The notes: a model not told the origin generated them from the letters alone. Counted from the whole stretch's first letter, positions 44,945-57,213 are shown. The stretch: 63,251 nt of DNA, filler included, from Globobulimina sp. (GCA_003354225.1; 55 parts of 55 records of this genome joined end to end with filler, not necessarily neighbours in it); one strand, 5' to 3'. Program-made: numbers and translations.

Positions 44945-45010
44945 GACCGTGCCGGCTTCGACCATGTCGAGCAACTTTTGGTACCGCTCTTCATGTTCCT
45001 TTTCGACCTG
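44945..45010 (-). CDS. Rubrerythrin-like 22-aa bacterial fragment fused in frame to the transposase tail
   Basis: QVEKEHEERYQKLLDMVEAGTV matches the rubrerythrin ExxH helix (VEKxHEERYxKLL..VE.GTV); abrupt GC rise. Confidence 0.55.
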
Positions 45011-45960
45011 TTCATCAATGTCTATATTTTCATTTTCAACTTCATTTTCTATTTCTTCTTCAATTATTGGCTCATTAGTAGTGACAGTGGTCGACGTCAT
45101 TGTTGATGAAGTGACATAAAATTCCTCAGGTGGCATGTTATCTCCCCATGCGATTTGGGCTAACAGCAGTCGAGCTGAATCTGAATTGTCCGGGGCATTT
45201 TTTAGCTTTACATTGGGAAAGTGCTTGATAATGGCAGCTTGATGTTTACAAAAATTTCCACTTGCGCCATTACGACAGGGGCAACTTCCAATTGCTGCAT
45301 TAACCAAATATGGAGGTTGACCTTCAACACTACTGGGGACAACAAAAAGATCATCTCGCAAATGACCGATTTGCTCTTTCTCGATATAAGCCCCACGTTT
45401 GGCAACTTTGTCCAACTTCTGACGAATGAATAAATCCTCTCCTCGAGCAAATTTAACCAAACGATTATGGTAATACTGTTCAAGTTCGATACCAATAAAT
45501 TCAACCATTTGAACTTGGTTATATGCTCGGTTCCTTAAATATATAATGTTAAATACATTGTATGGTTTGTATTTCATCACTAATATTACATGACTGTCTG
45601 TACATAGTAGTAAGGATATAAATATACACGCAAGTATGTACCGTACCTGCATAAAACAAGATCTTTAAATATTCGGATAGTGGCCTCAGCGAAATTATTC
45701 GTGTTGTTTCCACGCATGGACGCAGGACGATAAGCGACACACCAGTCTTCTTTTCGAGCCCAGTAATTAGTTACAAAATTCCCCCACTGAGGATATTGCT
45801 CTACTGAATCAGCTGCCATTGCTCTGTCGAATGCCGCATGCATTTCATCCTGTTAAAAGACGGCAATATAAAAGGAAAATTTGTTAAAAATAAAACTAGT
45901 AATTTACGGTATTTGGAGCTCTCATGATATCTTGAAATTGTCTCATCTTTTTTTTCCTGC
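45011..45960 (-). mobile_element. MULE (Mutator-like) transposase with SWIM finger; introns 45534-45646 and 45850-45907
   Basis: YW.RKEDWC..YR...RGNNTNNFAE (catalytic Glu region), KDLVLCR|NRAYN after splicing, SWIM CPC-x8-CKH. Confidence 0.85.
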
Positions 45961-46377
45961 ATTTTCTCATACATTCCTTCACCATTNNNNNNNNNNNNNN
46001 NNNNNNNNNNNNNNNNNNNNNNNNNNNNNNTTAATTAATTAANNNNNNNNNNNNNNNNNNNNNNNNNNNNNNNNNNNNNNNNNNNNTTTGCCCTTGAAAA
46101 TAGTACAATCATTCATGCGTTCAGCTTTTATCACGCATTAATTTCTCCAACGCAGCATACAGTATTAGATTTTTGTTTTTTATATACTAGTATTATTAAT
46201 ATATTTTCTTTCAAATGATGTCTTAATAGTTATCAAACTATTTATGATGCTGCAATCATATTTCAAGTTTCTTGGAAACTTTAAGAAATCAATTTTGAGA
46301 GAGCGTGAATAACTTTTATTTTACATCGAGCTAACGGGAGAAATAATGTTATTATGTTGATAGTAAAGTTAATATTT

Positions 46378-47135
46378 TCAAATATATTCAGTGACAGCAT
46401 TGGTTCCTTCAATATTTGCAGCGTTTTGTTGCAATGTTTTAAATGTTCAGATAATTTGTTTCTGTCTCTAAACACACGAATATTGAATGGATATCCTCCC
46501 AAATCGGTTGCTTTAAGATCTGGTAAATCCGCAGCTTCAATGCTTTCTGACTCAAATCCTTTTCGTAAAACATCACAATATTTTGCAAAGTATCCATTGT
46601 TTAAAGATCGTACCCAAATTATTATTGTATTTAAATCCCATGATTTATATTTATTGACATCTGGCTTTGTAACGGATACAACATATTTTTTAATATCTTG
46701 TAAATGTTTCAGGGTTGATTTACAACTTAATTCCGTTTTATTTATCTCTTCTTCAATAAACAATGAATCTGGATTCAAATCAAACATTTTTGACAATTCC
46801 TTCCTATCATATTTCGTAATAAATGCATTCATTTTATTCGTCAATTTTATTAATTCGTTTTTTAAATCATCATCTTTCTTTTCCTCTTTATTGTCATCAT
46901 TGGATTGAATATCTTGCTCCATTTTAATTTGATCACTTTTATTTAATAACTCCGGCGGCAATAAGTCACTAATTCTGACACAAAAATGGGAATCGATATT
47001 ATAATGATTCCACGGCATAAAATGTACAGTTTTATTATTTGCAATTACAACATTCCAACTTCCCGGCTTTGGACATTTAAAATTTGCTCTTTTCCATTCA
47101 GCATCACCATATAAATCCATATAAAATATATCATC
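46378..47135 (-). pseudogene. Coiled-coil plus SAM-domain protein C-terminus; probable 1-nt frameshift in an A-run near 46440
   Basis: YKSWDLNTIIIWVRSL...FAKY...IEAADLPDL..DL...FNIRVFRDRNKL (SAM); shifted frame gives a compact TLQQNAANIEGTNAVTEYI-stop. Confidence 0.65.
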
Positions 47136-47237
47136 GANNNNNNNNNNNNNNNNNNNNNNNNNNNNNNNNNNNNNNNNNNNNTTAATTAATTAANNNNNNN
47201 NNNNNNNNNNNNNNNNNNNNNNNNNNNNNNNNNNNNN

Positions 47238-48266
47238 CATTTATCCATGTTAACCGTATTCATTGTTCGCCTCAAAATGTGTTTCACAAACTCTGTGTTT
47301 GGTGTCTCCAAAATTAAAATGCGTTTCTTATATTGTTGCTTAATCAGCTTAACAACCTTCTCATTCATAATTATTGTGTTAGTCACAAACGATTGCAATC
47401 CGCAAACTATTATCATATCCGAGATTATATGGGAATTATTCATCGAAATTATGTGTTTATATCTCGTATATTTATTTGTATCCAAACTACAAAGTTTGGT
47501 GAAAACTGCCATCGGAACCAACCGGAAAGATTTACGTTCTACGATTTCATACAATATTTCACAAAAGTCGCGCGACAGCAGAATGTCAAAAAGAGTGAGC
47601 AGGTCGGTCAATGATACCACTACAGCACGGTCTGCACGCTCTGAACGTGGACGATCCCCTTCTCCCTCACCTTCCCCATCACCCACACCACGTAACACAC
47701 GTTCACCATCACCCTCTCCATCGCCGAAACCAAGCACACCCAATCAAACTGTATTAAATAATCAGAATTTAGTCAATGTGATGACAAAAATGACACTGTT
47801 AGTGGTTATTTCAGTGCTTGGCTCCATATTGTCACTGATTGGCAATGTTTATGTAGAAATTCATGAATTGGAAACTATAGAAAAACATACTGCTGATATA
47901 CAATCAATGTATGCCTTTTTGTTGCCAGTGTTTGATATGATATTAGCATCGTTGATGTTGTATTTACAATTTGATTTCACCAAGAATGTATATGTCAGAC
48001 TGTGTGGTAAAATGGATATTATATTTATTGAATTTTGTGGTGATTTGCTGGATACTCAGATAACGAATACTAAACAACAGGAACTGAAAAGTGTGCAGAC
48101 TGTATCATCCATCAAGGAAACAACATTAACAATACAACAGAGTAATATATCGAGTAGACACAGTTCAATCAATTTAACGCCGACAACGCAAAATAAGACA
48201 AAGCGATTGACGTTGGATATTACGCGGCCATCGGAAATTAAAAATGCAAAAAAACAATCCGTATAA
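47238..48266 (+). CDS. Orphan 7TM/GPCR-like protein (last five helices) with an SP-repeat intracellular loop, 5' truncated
   Basis: FIVRLKMCFTNS, YLFVSKL, (SP)n loop, VMTKMTLLV, D...MLYLQF..T..Y..LC. Confidence 0.65.
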   Translation, partial: HLSMLTVFIVRLKMCFTNSVFGVSKIKMRFLYCCLISLTTFSFIIIVLVTNDCNPQTIIISEIIWELFIEIMCLYLVYLFVSKLQSLVKTAIGTNRKDLRSTISYNISQKSRDSRMSKRVSRSVNDTTTARSARSERGRSPSPSPSPSPTPRNTRSPSPSPSPKPSTPNQTVLNNQNLVNVMTKMTLLVVISVLGSILSLIGNVYVEIHELETIEKHTADIQSMYAFLLPVFDMILASLMLYLQFDFTKNVYVRLCGKMDIIFIEFCGDLLDTQITNTKQQELKSVQTVSSIKETTLTIQQSNISSRHSSINLTPTTQNKTKRLTLDITRPSEIKNAKKQSV

Positions 48267-48523
48267 TGTTACAATTTCGAGTTTTAATNNNNNNNNNNNN
48301 NNNNNNNNNNNNNNNNNNNNNNNNNNNNNNNNTTAATTAATTAANNNNNNNNNNNNNNNNNNNNNNNNNNNNNNNNNNNNNNNNNNNNGTTTCGAATAAA
48401 ACATTTGCTGGAACTGGATACATCCAATAATGCATTTACAAGCAGCTACAACACCGAGTCTCATAATTGACATTTTATACATATACATTCCATTTCTGCA
48501 TTGCGCCAATATTCGAATAAATC

Positions 48524-49439
48524 ATGATCATCCATAAATATTTAACATTATGCTGCATACTATTATTCCACCAAATTAATTGCCAAACACGTTCATTACT
48601 TTCAACACATTTACCTGCGGCAGGCGTGCCTTTACCAACTAGCAACTCTCCAACAAAGAACAACAAAGTATGTGAAGCCTTATTTGCAGCCTGGGCTTAC
48701 TCAATGATGAAGCCAAGGAAAGTTAAACCAGAAATTGCAAAAGATTTTCGACTAAAAAAAGTTGACTACAATTTTCGGGGAAATCAATATTATATCTCAG
48801 GAACACAAAAAAGGAGTGCAAAAATTGACGAAAATAGTCCATGGGTTGCATGTCAAGGATTAATTGATGACAAGTCTCCAAATGATGGAGGCTACGCTCG
48901 ATATCAAAATATCAAAGTATTTATCGATCCGAATGATCCACGAAGAGCCAAAATGCGGATAAAATACAAAAGACACAAAGGTTGGGTGCATAATACCATT
49001 GTCAAGGATTATTCGCATGTAACAGTATTTGACCGTAGATTTACAGATGAAGGATATTATGATTATTTAGCTGACAAACAATATGTTTATGGAATTTACG
49101 GGGATTATCATGATTATTCAACAGCTGCTAATCGTTGGTGGCCTGGCTTTGATTTATTGAGTGCATATATTGAGGCAAATTTTGCTTTGTGGAATAAAAT
49201 TACGCAAACATTCGGTATGAAATATGATGCGGATCTGGATCAATGGTTGTTAGCACCATCAGGGACTACAAACATTGGAGATTTTAATAATGCACAGTTA
49301 GGATATTTAGGCCTAAAAAAAGAAAAATACATAGGTTTATATAAAGAAATCATGAAAGATTTGCAGACAGAGGTGACTGCCATAAAAAAGCGTGCAAGGT
49401 TTGAGGGAAGGACTGATCTCCGAATGAAGCGGAAATATA
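48524..49439 (+). CDS. Secreted hypothetical protein, 3' truncated
   Basis: Signal-peptide-like N-terminus and about 305 open codons. Confidence 0.6.
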
Positions 49440-49539
49440 NNNNNNNNNNNNNNNNNNNNNNNNNNNNNNNNNNNNNNNNNNNNTTAATTAATTAANNNNN
49501 NNNNNNNNNNNNNNNNNNNNNNNNNNNNNNNNNNNNNNN

Positions 49540-50444
49540 AATGGAAGGTTTTGCAATATGTCGCAGATAACCGGATCAATGTCGCAAATAATTGGGTCTA
49601 AGCAGGGAGTGAGAAACGAATAAAGAAAGTTCAGTACACGTCTACCATTCATATTTAGTGCAATTTTCATGTCGTCTACATCTCGGACAAGTTCGGCCGA
49701 TTGTTCTACCCCAAATCCATTAGTTTTCACAAAACCAACCCAATCGTCCCAGTACTGAACTCTTTTTACCAGAACAAAATGAAACAGGTCTTGTGCTTGC
49801 GAATTTGGCATGAATATTTGAAGATTTGGGCGGTGTGGTGCCGAAAAAGCATTCCAAGCATTGGGGGTTACATTGGTGCGCATGAACTGATACCATTTGA
49901 TAAATTCATAACTGCCTTTGAAATTTACAAACCATCTTTTACATACTTGTTCGAAATCATAACCTTGGAACAAGTGATCGTGGTATATTCTCTGATTAGT
50001 TAATGCTTTTTTAAGACTGTATGGTAAGTTTAGCTTGAATATTGATTCTATTATTTGATCAATAATTGCAGGTATTCTAAACAAAATAAGATCATATTTT
50101 GATATCAAAGAATAAATAACAGACCTGAAGTATATGTCCCTTTCATAGGAGTTTTCAGTGTTTACAAACATATAACATAATATTTTATTCGAATGCATAG
50201 TTTCCAGTATGTTATTTTGGGACAATTGCCGCAAGGTAGGCGGAGTCTGGACTATATCGTGATTGAAATTTTTCACTCGCTCATTTCTACCTTCCTTTGT
50301 GATCCAGCCACGAAGTGTGGGTTCTTGAAACGTTATTGTTTTCGTTGTCGACCCGTCCCAAACTACTTTGTACATATCACTTCTTGTCTGTCTGTATGAA
50401 AAAAATTTCTGTCCCAGGTTGTGGTAGATCTTGGCACCATTCAC
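49540..50444 (-). CDS. Hypothetical protein, 3' truncated
   Basis: About 300 open codons; weak SOCS-box-like PPTLRQLS...LNLPYSLK segments. Confidence 0.5.
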
Positions 50445-51168
50445 ATTCTAAAATATTGATTTTTCGTACTTCGTCTGTCCTTAGTTGATTTTTGATGTTC
50501 AGTGTCTGAATGTATTACTATTGAAAAATACGAAAAATGATGCGACCTCGTGTCCGATGTAACTTTTGAGACAAAAATATTTCTAAAACANNNNNNNNNN
50601 NNNNNNNNNNNNNNNNNNNNNNNNNNNNNNNNNNTTAATTAATTAANNNNNNNNNNNNNNNNNNNNNNNNNNNNNNNNNNNNNNNNNNNNTGAAGTTAAA
50701 GAAAAGGTGTATTGTCATTTGACATGGCAATAGGTTTTAGTATAAAACATGAATTATGGTACCGATATGTGTACAAACAGCATTTTTCTTCTTTGCATTA
50801 GTATGTCATTTTGTGGCTCGTACTAGTTAATTAAATTGTAAAATTTGATAAAAATATCAACCGAGGTCAGAGGTACAATAATAGTATTGCAACAAAGAGG
50901 CAACAGCTTCCTCAGGGCACTGAATCACAACAGAAAGGCAGTTGACGAAAGATTTATTCAGGCGATGACTCTTAACTCACACTTCAGAAAAGCAACTTAA
51001 AGAACAGCCCATCAATAAGTAAATAACCACTTTCATAGAAAGATTGTGATATGTTTTACTGACAACACCAAATTTAAAAGTTTAATCTGTTAAGGTTTTG
51101 CAACTTTTTTTATAGTATTGGTGGCCCTGAAGAGGGCCGTTTGGGTTTGTTTTTCTTGGTTTGGTCGA

Positions 51169-51453
51169 TTACTTCTTCTTTTGATGAAGATAGAAGTCCA
51201 AATGGCTGTTCACAACCTTTTGAAGTTGAGCTTTGGCGACGCGTTCCCAATCTTCCAATTCTTTAGTGAGTTTGTCATCAGCTTTCGGCATGTCTTTTGC
51301 ATCAACAAAGTCCTTCCAATTGACTTGAAACTTTGTGAACTTCTCAGTGAAGCTGGTCGTTGAAGCTTGAGCTTTGGATTGGTCCTCATTTTGATTTGAT
51401 GAGCTTGAAGCATCCTTGCCAAGAATTCTCTTTTCGAGTTCGGCCAGATCCAT
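51169..51453 (-). CDS. Small hypothetical protein (94 aa)
   Basis: ATG-to-stop, helical charged composition; unrecognised. Confidence 0.45.
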   Translation of the reverse strand: MDLAELEKRILGKDASSSSNQNEDQSKAQASTTSFTEKFTKFQVNWKDFVDAKDMPKADDKLTKELEDWERVAKAQLQKVVNSHLDFYLHQKKK

Positions 51454-51986
51454 TCTGTCTGTCAGTAGAGAAGAGTTTCAGAACAACAAAATAATACAAA
51501 TGAGACCTCATGTTTCCGACCCTGTTTTTATTGTGAGAGGTGGTAATCTATAGTCGCCCATTGGTGTTAAATCAATTTGGGCTATACCGACCTATTGAGT
51601 GTGTATACTCAGCCAACCCCAGTAGGTCGACCACGGCTGCGTCAATACCAGCGCCGTGCAACATCTCCGGCACGACGTATACGCTGGACGATATTGACGT
51701 GACCACCGTCACTGTTGCAACGGCCGCATTGACGTTTATTGNNNNNNNNNNNNNNNNNNNNNNNNNNNNNNNNNNNNNNNNNNNNTTAATTAATTAANNN
51801 NNNNNNNNNNNNNNNNNNNNNNNNNNNNNNNNNNNNNNNNNAAACTCCGTTATTTGCTCATACAACGGTGCACTCGCTCGAGTTATAACATTATCTGCAA
51901 ACAAACTGGCAGCAAAACACAAATTTGCAGTGGAACCCCTCACCGCTGACAAAGGACGGAATTGCTATGTCAGACATTGTCGACAC

Positions 51987-52880
51987 TCAAACCCTGACCG
52001 TACGTTTTTGGCAAAGCACAGAAAACATGCAAATAGTTATCATTCCACCATCGATGTGCAAGGATAACAGAAACGCAATTAAACATATTTTAACTTGATA
52101 GGAAGTCGGCGTTACATTAAAATCGACATTAAAATGTGGTTTTACTTTGTTTTTGTTGATCGATAACGGCTTAGATCTCCTACCAATGGCCACCTTCACT
52201 GGTCTGACTCGTCTTACCTGCGTAGGATCCGATTTATATCTATTATGCGACGGCGATGGGTGTAAAATATTGTGCGATGAATGGGAATGCTGCAAATATA
52301 GATTGCCAGGCGGTGTCTGCGAGGAACACGTGTTGAGCGATATGGTCTGTGTGCTTTTGAGAGGCGTTATTGTATGGTGTACAATGTGATGGTCTCCAGA
52401 TTCGCTCTCTTCCTCATCCGACTGCTCATTGTCATTCATGCCATGCTCCGGTCTATGATTGCAGTTTTTAGATGTTTTGGCGGTACGAAACGAGAACAAG
52501 CCATCCGACTGACTTCGCATCCGCGATAATCGCGATTTGTTCTTATGGTGTTTGCGTAACCGGGAGTGATATGGCGGGGTATTATTTTGCGAACGCGTTT
52601 TGCGTAAAATGTGGAGATTTTTGTGTGGTTTCTTGCTTTTGTTGGCAGGCTTTGTCAGTTCCAGTTGCGATTTGGCGGCATATTCCATGTGTTTTTGGTG
52701 TGCGTTGATGGCCATCTTCATGGCGACGGTGTCTTGTTTCCGTTCGATACTTTTTCGTGCTTTTGTGGGTGTGCTGGTGTTGCAATTCGCAGTGGGCGAC
52801 TCTGAGGGTAATGAGGAAGATCTATATTGCAGCAATGAGGAGGATTGGCGCACTAAGTTCAGATTCATATAATAGATCAA
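51987..52880 (-). CDS. Basic low-complexity hypothetical protein fragment
   Basis: Long open frame rich in S/K/R/H; the 3' end probably runs into an intron. Confidence 0.5.
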   Translation of the reverse strand: MIYYMNLNLVRQSSSLLQYRSSSLPSESPTANCNTSTPTKARKSIERKQDTVAMKMAINAHQKHMEYAAKSQLELTKPANKSKKPHKNLHILRKTRSQNNTPPYHSRLRKHHKNKSRLSRMRSQSDGLFSFRTAKTSKNCNHRPEHGMNDNEQSDEEESESGDHHIVHHTITPLKSTQTISLNTCSSQTPPGNLYLQHSHSSHNILHPSPSHNRYKSDPTQVRRVRPVKVAIGRRSKPLSINKNKVKPHFNVDFNVTPTSYQVKICLIAFLLSLHIDGGMITICMFSVLCQKRTVRV

Positions 52881-52992
52881 TGATCATATCTANNNNNNNN
52901 NNNNNNNNNNNNNNNNNNNNNNNNNNNNNNNNNNNNTTAATTAATTAANNNNNNNNNNNNNNNNNNNNNNNNNNNNNNNNNNNNNNNNNNNN

Positions 52993-53621
52993 ATATATCT
53001 TTCCATGGCATGCGCTATATTTTGAGCTTCATCTTTACCATCAATTTTATCTATAAATATTGCATTACCAATACCAACATCACAATATATTCGTGCACCA
53101 GAATGTGTGCCTGCAGATCCATATTCTTCTACGGTTATATTTATTTTTTCAACTTCAGCGTTTGATACTGAATCCAGATGGATTTTTTCAGCTGATACAT
53201 ATTGATGTTTTGTACAACAATCTGAGATATATGGCACTGCCAAACAATTAGTAGTTGTCATATGCATTGTAATGTATTCCCCGTCTTTTCTGTTTTCAAC
53301 ATATTTTAATTCAATCTTTTGATAAAAATATGATGCAATGCATATATGAATCAATGTAATTAATATAATAATATATCCAACAATCGCCCCACCGCTATAC
53401 CAATATCCGGATGAGATTACATCTAAAATAAATATCATGAAACCGACCCACATACAGCAAATTGCACAACCCAGAGACATGACACCTGCATCATCCGTAC
53501 CTTTCATTAATTGAAAAAATGGTTTGTTTTCATCACGTGAATCTGTCCTGACTTTGGTTGTTTGTTTTGTTTCGTTAAAACCGGTACCAGAAGTGGAGTC
53601 TCCTTCTTTTGATTCTGACAT
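52993..53621 (-). CDS. Two-TM hypothetical membrane protein, 3' truncated
   Basis: ATG start and two hydrophobic helices. Confidence 0.6.
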
Positions 53622-53779
53622 GGTTGTTTTAATATTTCTAGCTGAGTTTTATTATAAAGAGGTTCTAGATTATATCCACTATGTAATATACTAATTATAT
53701 AAACGAGTAATAAACAATTAAAATAAACAGCAGTATGATATGTACATTATTATTAAATAATAACATGGATCGTATTATA

Positions 53780-54043
53780 TCATAAAATCATAGACTGTTT
53801 GGTCACTTTGGTGTGCCCTTTCAAAGTGTTGTCACACGCCGCAATCGTAGATTTCATAAAATTAAGCAAATTCCATTTAATATCATAATTCATATCATAC
53901 CAAAAATTAACTGCAAGCACTCTACCAAATTCATCCACATTTTGCCTAACTTCATGGAAATATAATCCCGGAAGATATAACATTTCGCCTTTCCTCACCG
54001 TAACCTCCATTTTATTGCATTTATGTAAATGTTTATTTTTCAC
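53780..54043 (-). CDS. JMJD7: JmjC-domain protein C-terminus (JMJD7-like)
   Basis: VTVRKGEMLYLPGLYFHEVRQ...AVNFWYDMNYDIK. Confidence 0.85.
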   Translation of the reverse strand: MKNKHLHKCNKMEVTVRKGEMLYLPGLYFHEVRQNVDEFGRVLAVNFWYDMNYDIKWNLLNFMKSTIAACDNTLKGHTKVTKQSMIL

Positions 54044-54143
54044 NNNNNNNNNNNNNNNNNNNNNNNNNNNNNNNNNNNNNNNNNNNNTTAATTAATTAAN
54101 NNNNNNNNNNNNNNNNNNNNNNNNNNNNNNNNNNNNNNNNNNN

Positions 54144-55192
54144 TTTACACAAATTAACTGATTGTACGAGTCAACATTCGGTTCTTTCAAGATCTTCACT
54201 GAATAATTGCAATCTGGTCCTCCGCCGATGATATTCCATAGCTCAACAACCTCGAAAACAGTATAAAATCCAATACAGGAAGCCACAGAGCCGCATAAAC
54301 ACATACTATTTAACGTGAAATTGATATCACTTAAACCATATTTGCTCTCAATATAAAAATGGCCGCCACAGCCTGTACCAATGCAATTAAAATGAGTATC
54401 CTGTAATATTAGCTCCGCATCGCCGTAGATGCTGATATATGAACAGCTGTATGAGTTTATAGCCATTGCGACGCAGGTTATATTTATAAATGTCTGCGAA
54501 GTGGGATAATAAATATCAAAGCCATACAATGCGTTAAAACCGGTGGCTTCGATGTATAACTCGTCTACGTCTGGCGGATATAGTTCTAAATTGCCGCAGG
54601 AATACGATTCAATGCAAGAGATATTGATTATGTGTGCGTGTGGTGCCATTATTGTCGTCTCCCAGCAGGTCGAAATAATATTGGCGCCGTGTCCTGGTTG
54701 GGTTTTATTGCCATGACAATCGATATGAAATTGATGCACATCCGGTACTGCTATGTAACCAAATCGACAGCCACCATGATGACAGTGATAGAGAACGGTA
54801 TCCGAATTATCAAATTGCCCAATCAAATTAAAACAGGAATGTTTGTCGCAAAACGTTTCAAATGTATTCATATCCGTTGCTGTTATTGTGCTGTCTGTAC
54901 ACGATTTGAACCCGATACATTTTAAATATATATTGTATGGATTATTAAGATATGGCGCAATGATTACTGCTTTTGAACAAGAATCATCTGAGATACAATT
55001 TATAATACATTCCGTATTGAATGGTGAACAATGAATAGATGACTGACTGCAATCAAGACACGTGATATTGCAAATTGTATAGTTATTGGCACAAGCTATG
55101 CTGGTATTGCTTATATTTACAATTATATTTTGTATTGTCTCGTCAACGACATTTTTAATAGATTCGCATGTATATAAACTCATCAGTAACAT
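54144..55192 (-). CDS. Cys-rich repetitive extracellular protein
   Basis: Recurrent I-x-C-x4-SC-x4-I units over about 350 codons, with a hydrophobic leader. Confidence 0.7.
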
Positions 55193-55325
55193 AANNNNNN
55201 NNNNNNNNNNNNNNNNNNNNNNNNNNNNNNNNNNNNNNTTAATTAATTAANNNNNNNNNNNNNNNNNNNNNNNNNNNNNNNNNNNNNNNNNNNNTTACCT
55301 AGTATTCGAATCCTAGTATTCAAAA

Positions 55326-55401
55326 TTGAAAACCACTCTAGCTAACCCAAAAACCTTGCCAATCACAAAAGAAGTGTTTAGAAGTTTAAGCCTAAAAAGT
55401 C
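55326..55401 (-). repeat. Dispersed repeat family A, copy 2
   Basis: 75/76 match to the reverse complement of 953-1028; both copies are flanked by CCTAGTATTCGAA. Confidence 0.9.
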
Positions 55402-55569
55402 AGTTGTTTAATTTTATGTTTATAACTTTGTATGCAAACCGTTTCTGTATACAACTTATCGATCAGTGGGAATAGAATTTTCACGGAGAAAGCCAGTTGT
55501 GGAACATCTCCGCGAGGTTTAGTCATCCAAAAGTTAACACTTTTAAAAACAAATACAGTATGTACGTCA

Positions 55570-56196
55570 TTATTCATTATTATTAGTATGGCTGTTTTCC
55601 TCTTTAAAATCATTTAAGATATTCCATTTTGATTTCTTTTTTTTAGCTTTTTTTTCTAACAATTTATCAATTTTCTTGATTTGTTTTTGTAAATCATTTT
55701 GCATAAAGTCAATTTCTTTTAATTTTTTAAGTAATATATTTTTTCTTTGTTGCGCTATTTGTTTAAAATTATAATTTGATTTCATCCATTGATTAAATAA
55801 TTGCGATTCAGATTGTTTATTATCTAATCCTTCAATCTCAGCTAAGAATAATCCAATAAATATATTTGATATTATCATTGTGACAAAACCAATATAGAGA
55901 ATGAAATAAAATGACCATTCGACCCGCGTAGCAATCATATTCAAATACATTATTTCATTCCATCCCTCACCAACCATCAATTGCATTAATGTCAAAATTG
56001 CAGAGCCCAATGTATTAAAATTTGCATTTGCGTCCGTCGAATATATCGAATCCAATACATAGTCAGTTTTATACGCAAATATTGTGCAACCAATCCTTGC
56101 CCAAATAAATATAAATATAAATAAAAATGCTAATAAATCTAAGAAGTGTGGTATTATGGTAAAAATGAGAACAATTAATCGTTGATTTGCTTCCAC
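55570..56196 (-). CDS. Voltage-gated-superfamily cation channel (TPC/Cav-like) S5-pore-S6 plus coiled-coil tail
   Basis: NFNTLGSAILTLMQLMVGEGWNEIM pore helix and filter; YFILY...ISNIFIGLFL S6. Confidence 0.85.
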   Translation of the reverse strand: MEANQRLIVLIFTIIPHFLDLLAFLFIFIFIWARIGCTIFAYKTDYVLDSIYSTDANANFNTLGSAILTLMQLMVGEGWNEIMYLNMIATRVEWSFYFILYIGFVTMIISNIFIGLFLAEIEGLDNKQSESQLFNQWMKSNYNFKQIAQQRKNILLKKLKEIDFMQNDLQKQIKKIDKLLEKKAKKKKSKWNILNDFKEENSHTNNNE

Positions 56197-56694
56197 TTGG
56201 ACCTTGTTTGAAATTTTGTGAAATATGATTGGTTAATTTCTCAATAATTTCAGCTATACCATAACCTTGCGTTATCAACTTTATATTTGGTACATGATCG
56301 AATAATATCATAGGCTATTACTACGTACCTTTTTTTTTTTGTTTGNNNNNNNNNNNNNNNNNNNNNNNNNNNNNNNNNNNNNNNNNNNNTTAATTAATTA
56401 ANNNNNNNNNNNNNNNNNNNNNNNNNNNNNNNNNNNNNNNNNNNNAAATTGTGTTAAACTGTTGAGTGCGAGGATTGGACAGTATACAGTGCAACAAAAA
56501 TATGTGGGTAACACCAGCACCAAAATTAGGGAATAATACATGTGAATAATATTAAATGTGTATAATTAATTAATTAATTATTTACTTACTTACAATTTTA
56601 ACAACAAAATACCGTACAATAACTACAATTAATCTGAAAGTGAAGTTAGTGAGCCTTTTATTTCTCGGCCACACCATGCATTATATTGATTTCA

Positions 56695-56805
56695 TTATTT
56701 ATCTGCATCGCCGTCTCCCGCTGCAAATAATCGCGAGAAAAGACCAATGGATAATCCTAAGACGATTATTACTATGGCTATATCCCAAATAGATGATAAA
56801 TCCAT
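56695..56805 (-). CDS. Candidate 36-aa single-TM microprotein
   Basis: MDLSSIWDIAIVIIVLGLSIGLFSRLFAAGDGDADK-stop. Confidence 0.4.
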   Translation of the reverse strand: MDLSSIWDIAIVIIVLGLSIGLFSRLFAAGDGDADK

Positions 56806-57213
56806 ATTAATTTCGGTTGATTTAAGTGTAATGAGTTTTTGAATGCAAATGTTATTCGCCTAAAACGTTGTTGTCCACAGTATTCGTTTAAAATAGTGAT
56901 GCCTTTTTGTAATGTGTTGTGTTGTTGAGGACACATAGGATGTATTGTATATCGTTTATACCTCGTACAAGCTAAAGGATGCGCGAAACCGAAACGATGA
57001 AAATTGACTAGAGGAGTTAGTTAACACTTTTTTTTTTTGTTATCACGGAAACGATTAAGATGGATTTCCTTCGTTTCTCAGAAACAATAAAAATCTGACG
57101 CTGAAAACCAGATGCTCTTAAAAATCGTTTCTCTGAACGCTATTAGAGTTTTCCTATTTAACCATGATCAACTTTTTTTAATCATTTGTGATTTGTTAGA
57201 GAAAAGGCTTAAC

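Noticed and set aside
1156-48266. G-alpha, RGS, GRK and 7TM genes as a clustered signalling locus
   Set aside because: They lie on separate unlinked contigs; co-occurrence reflects family abundance only
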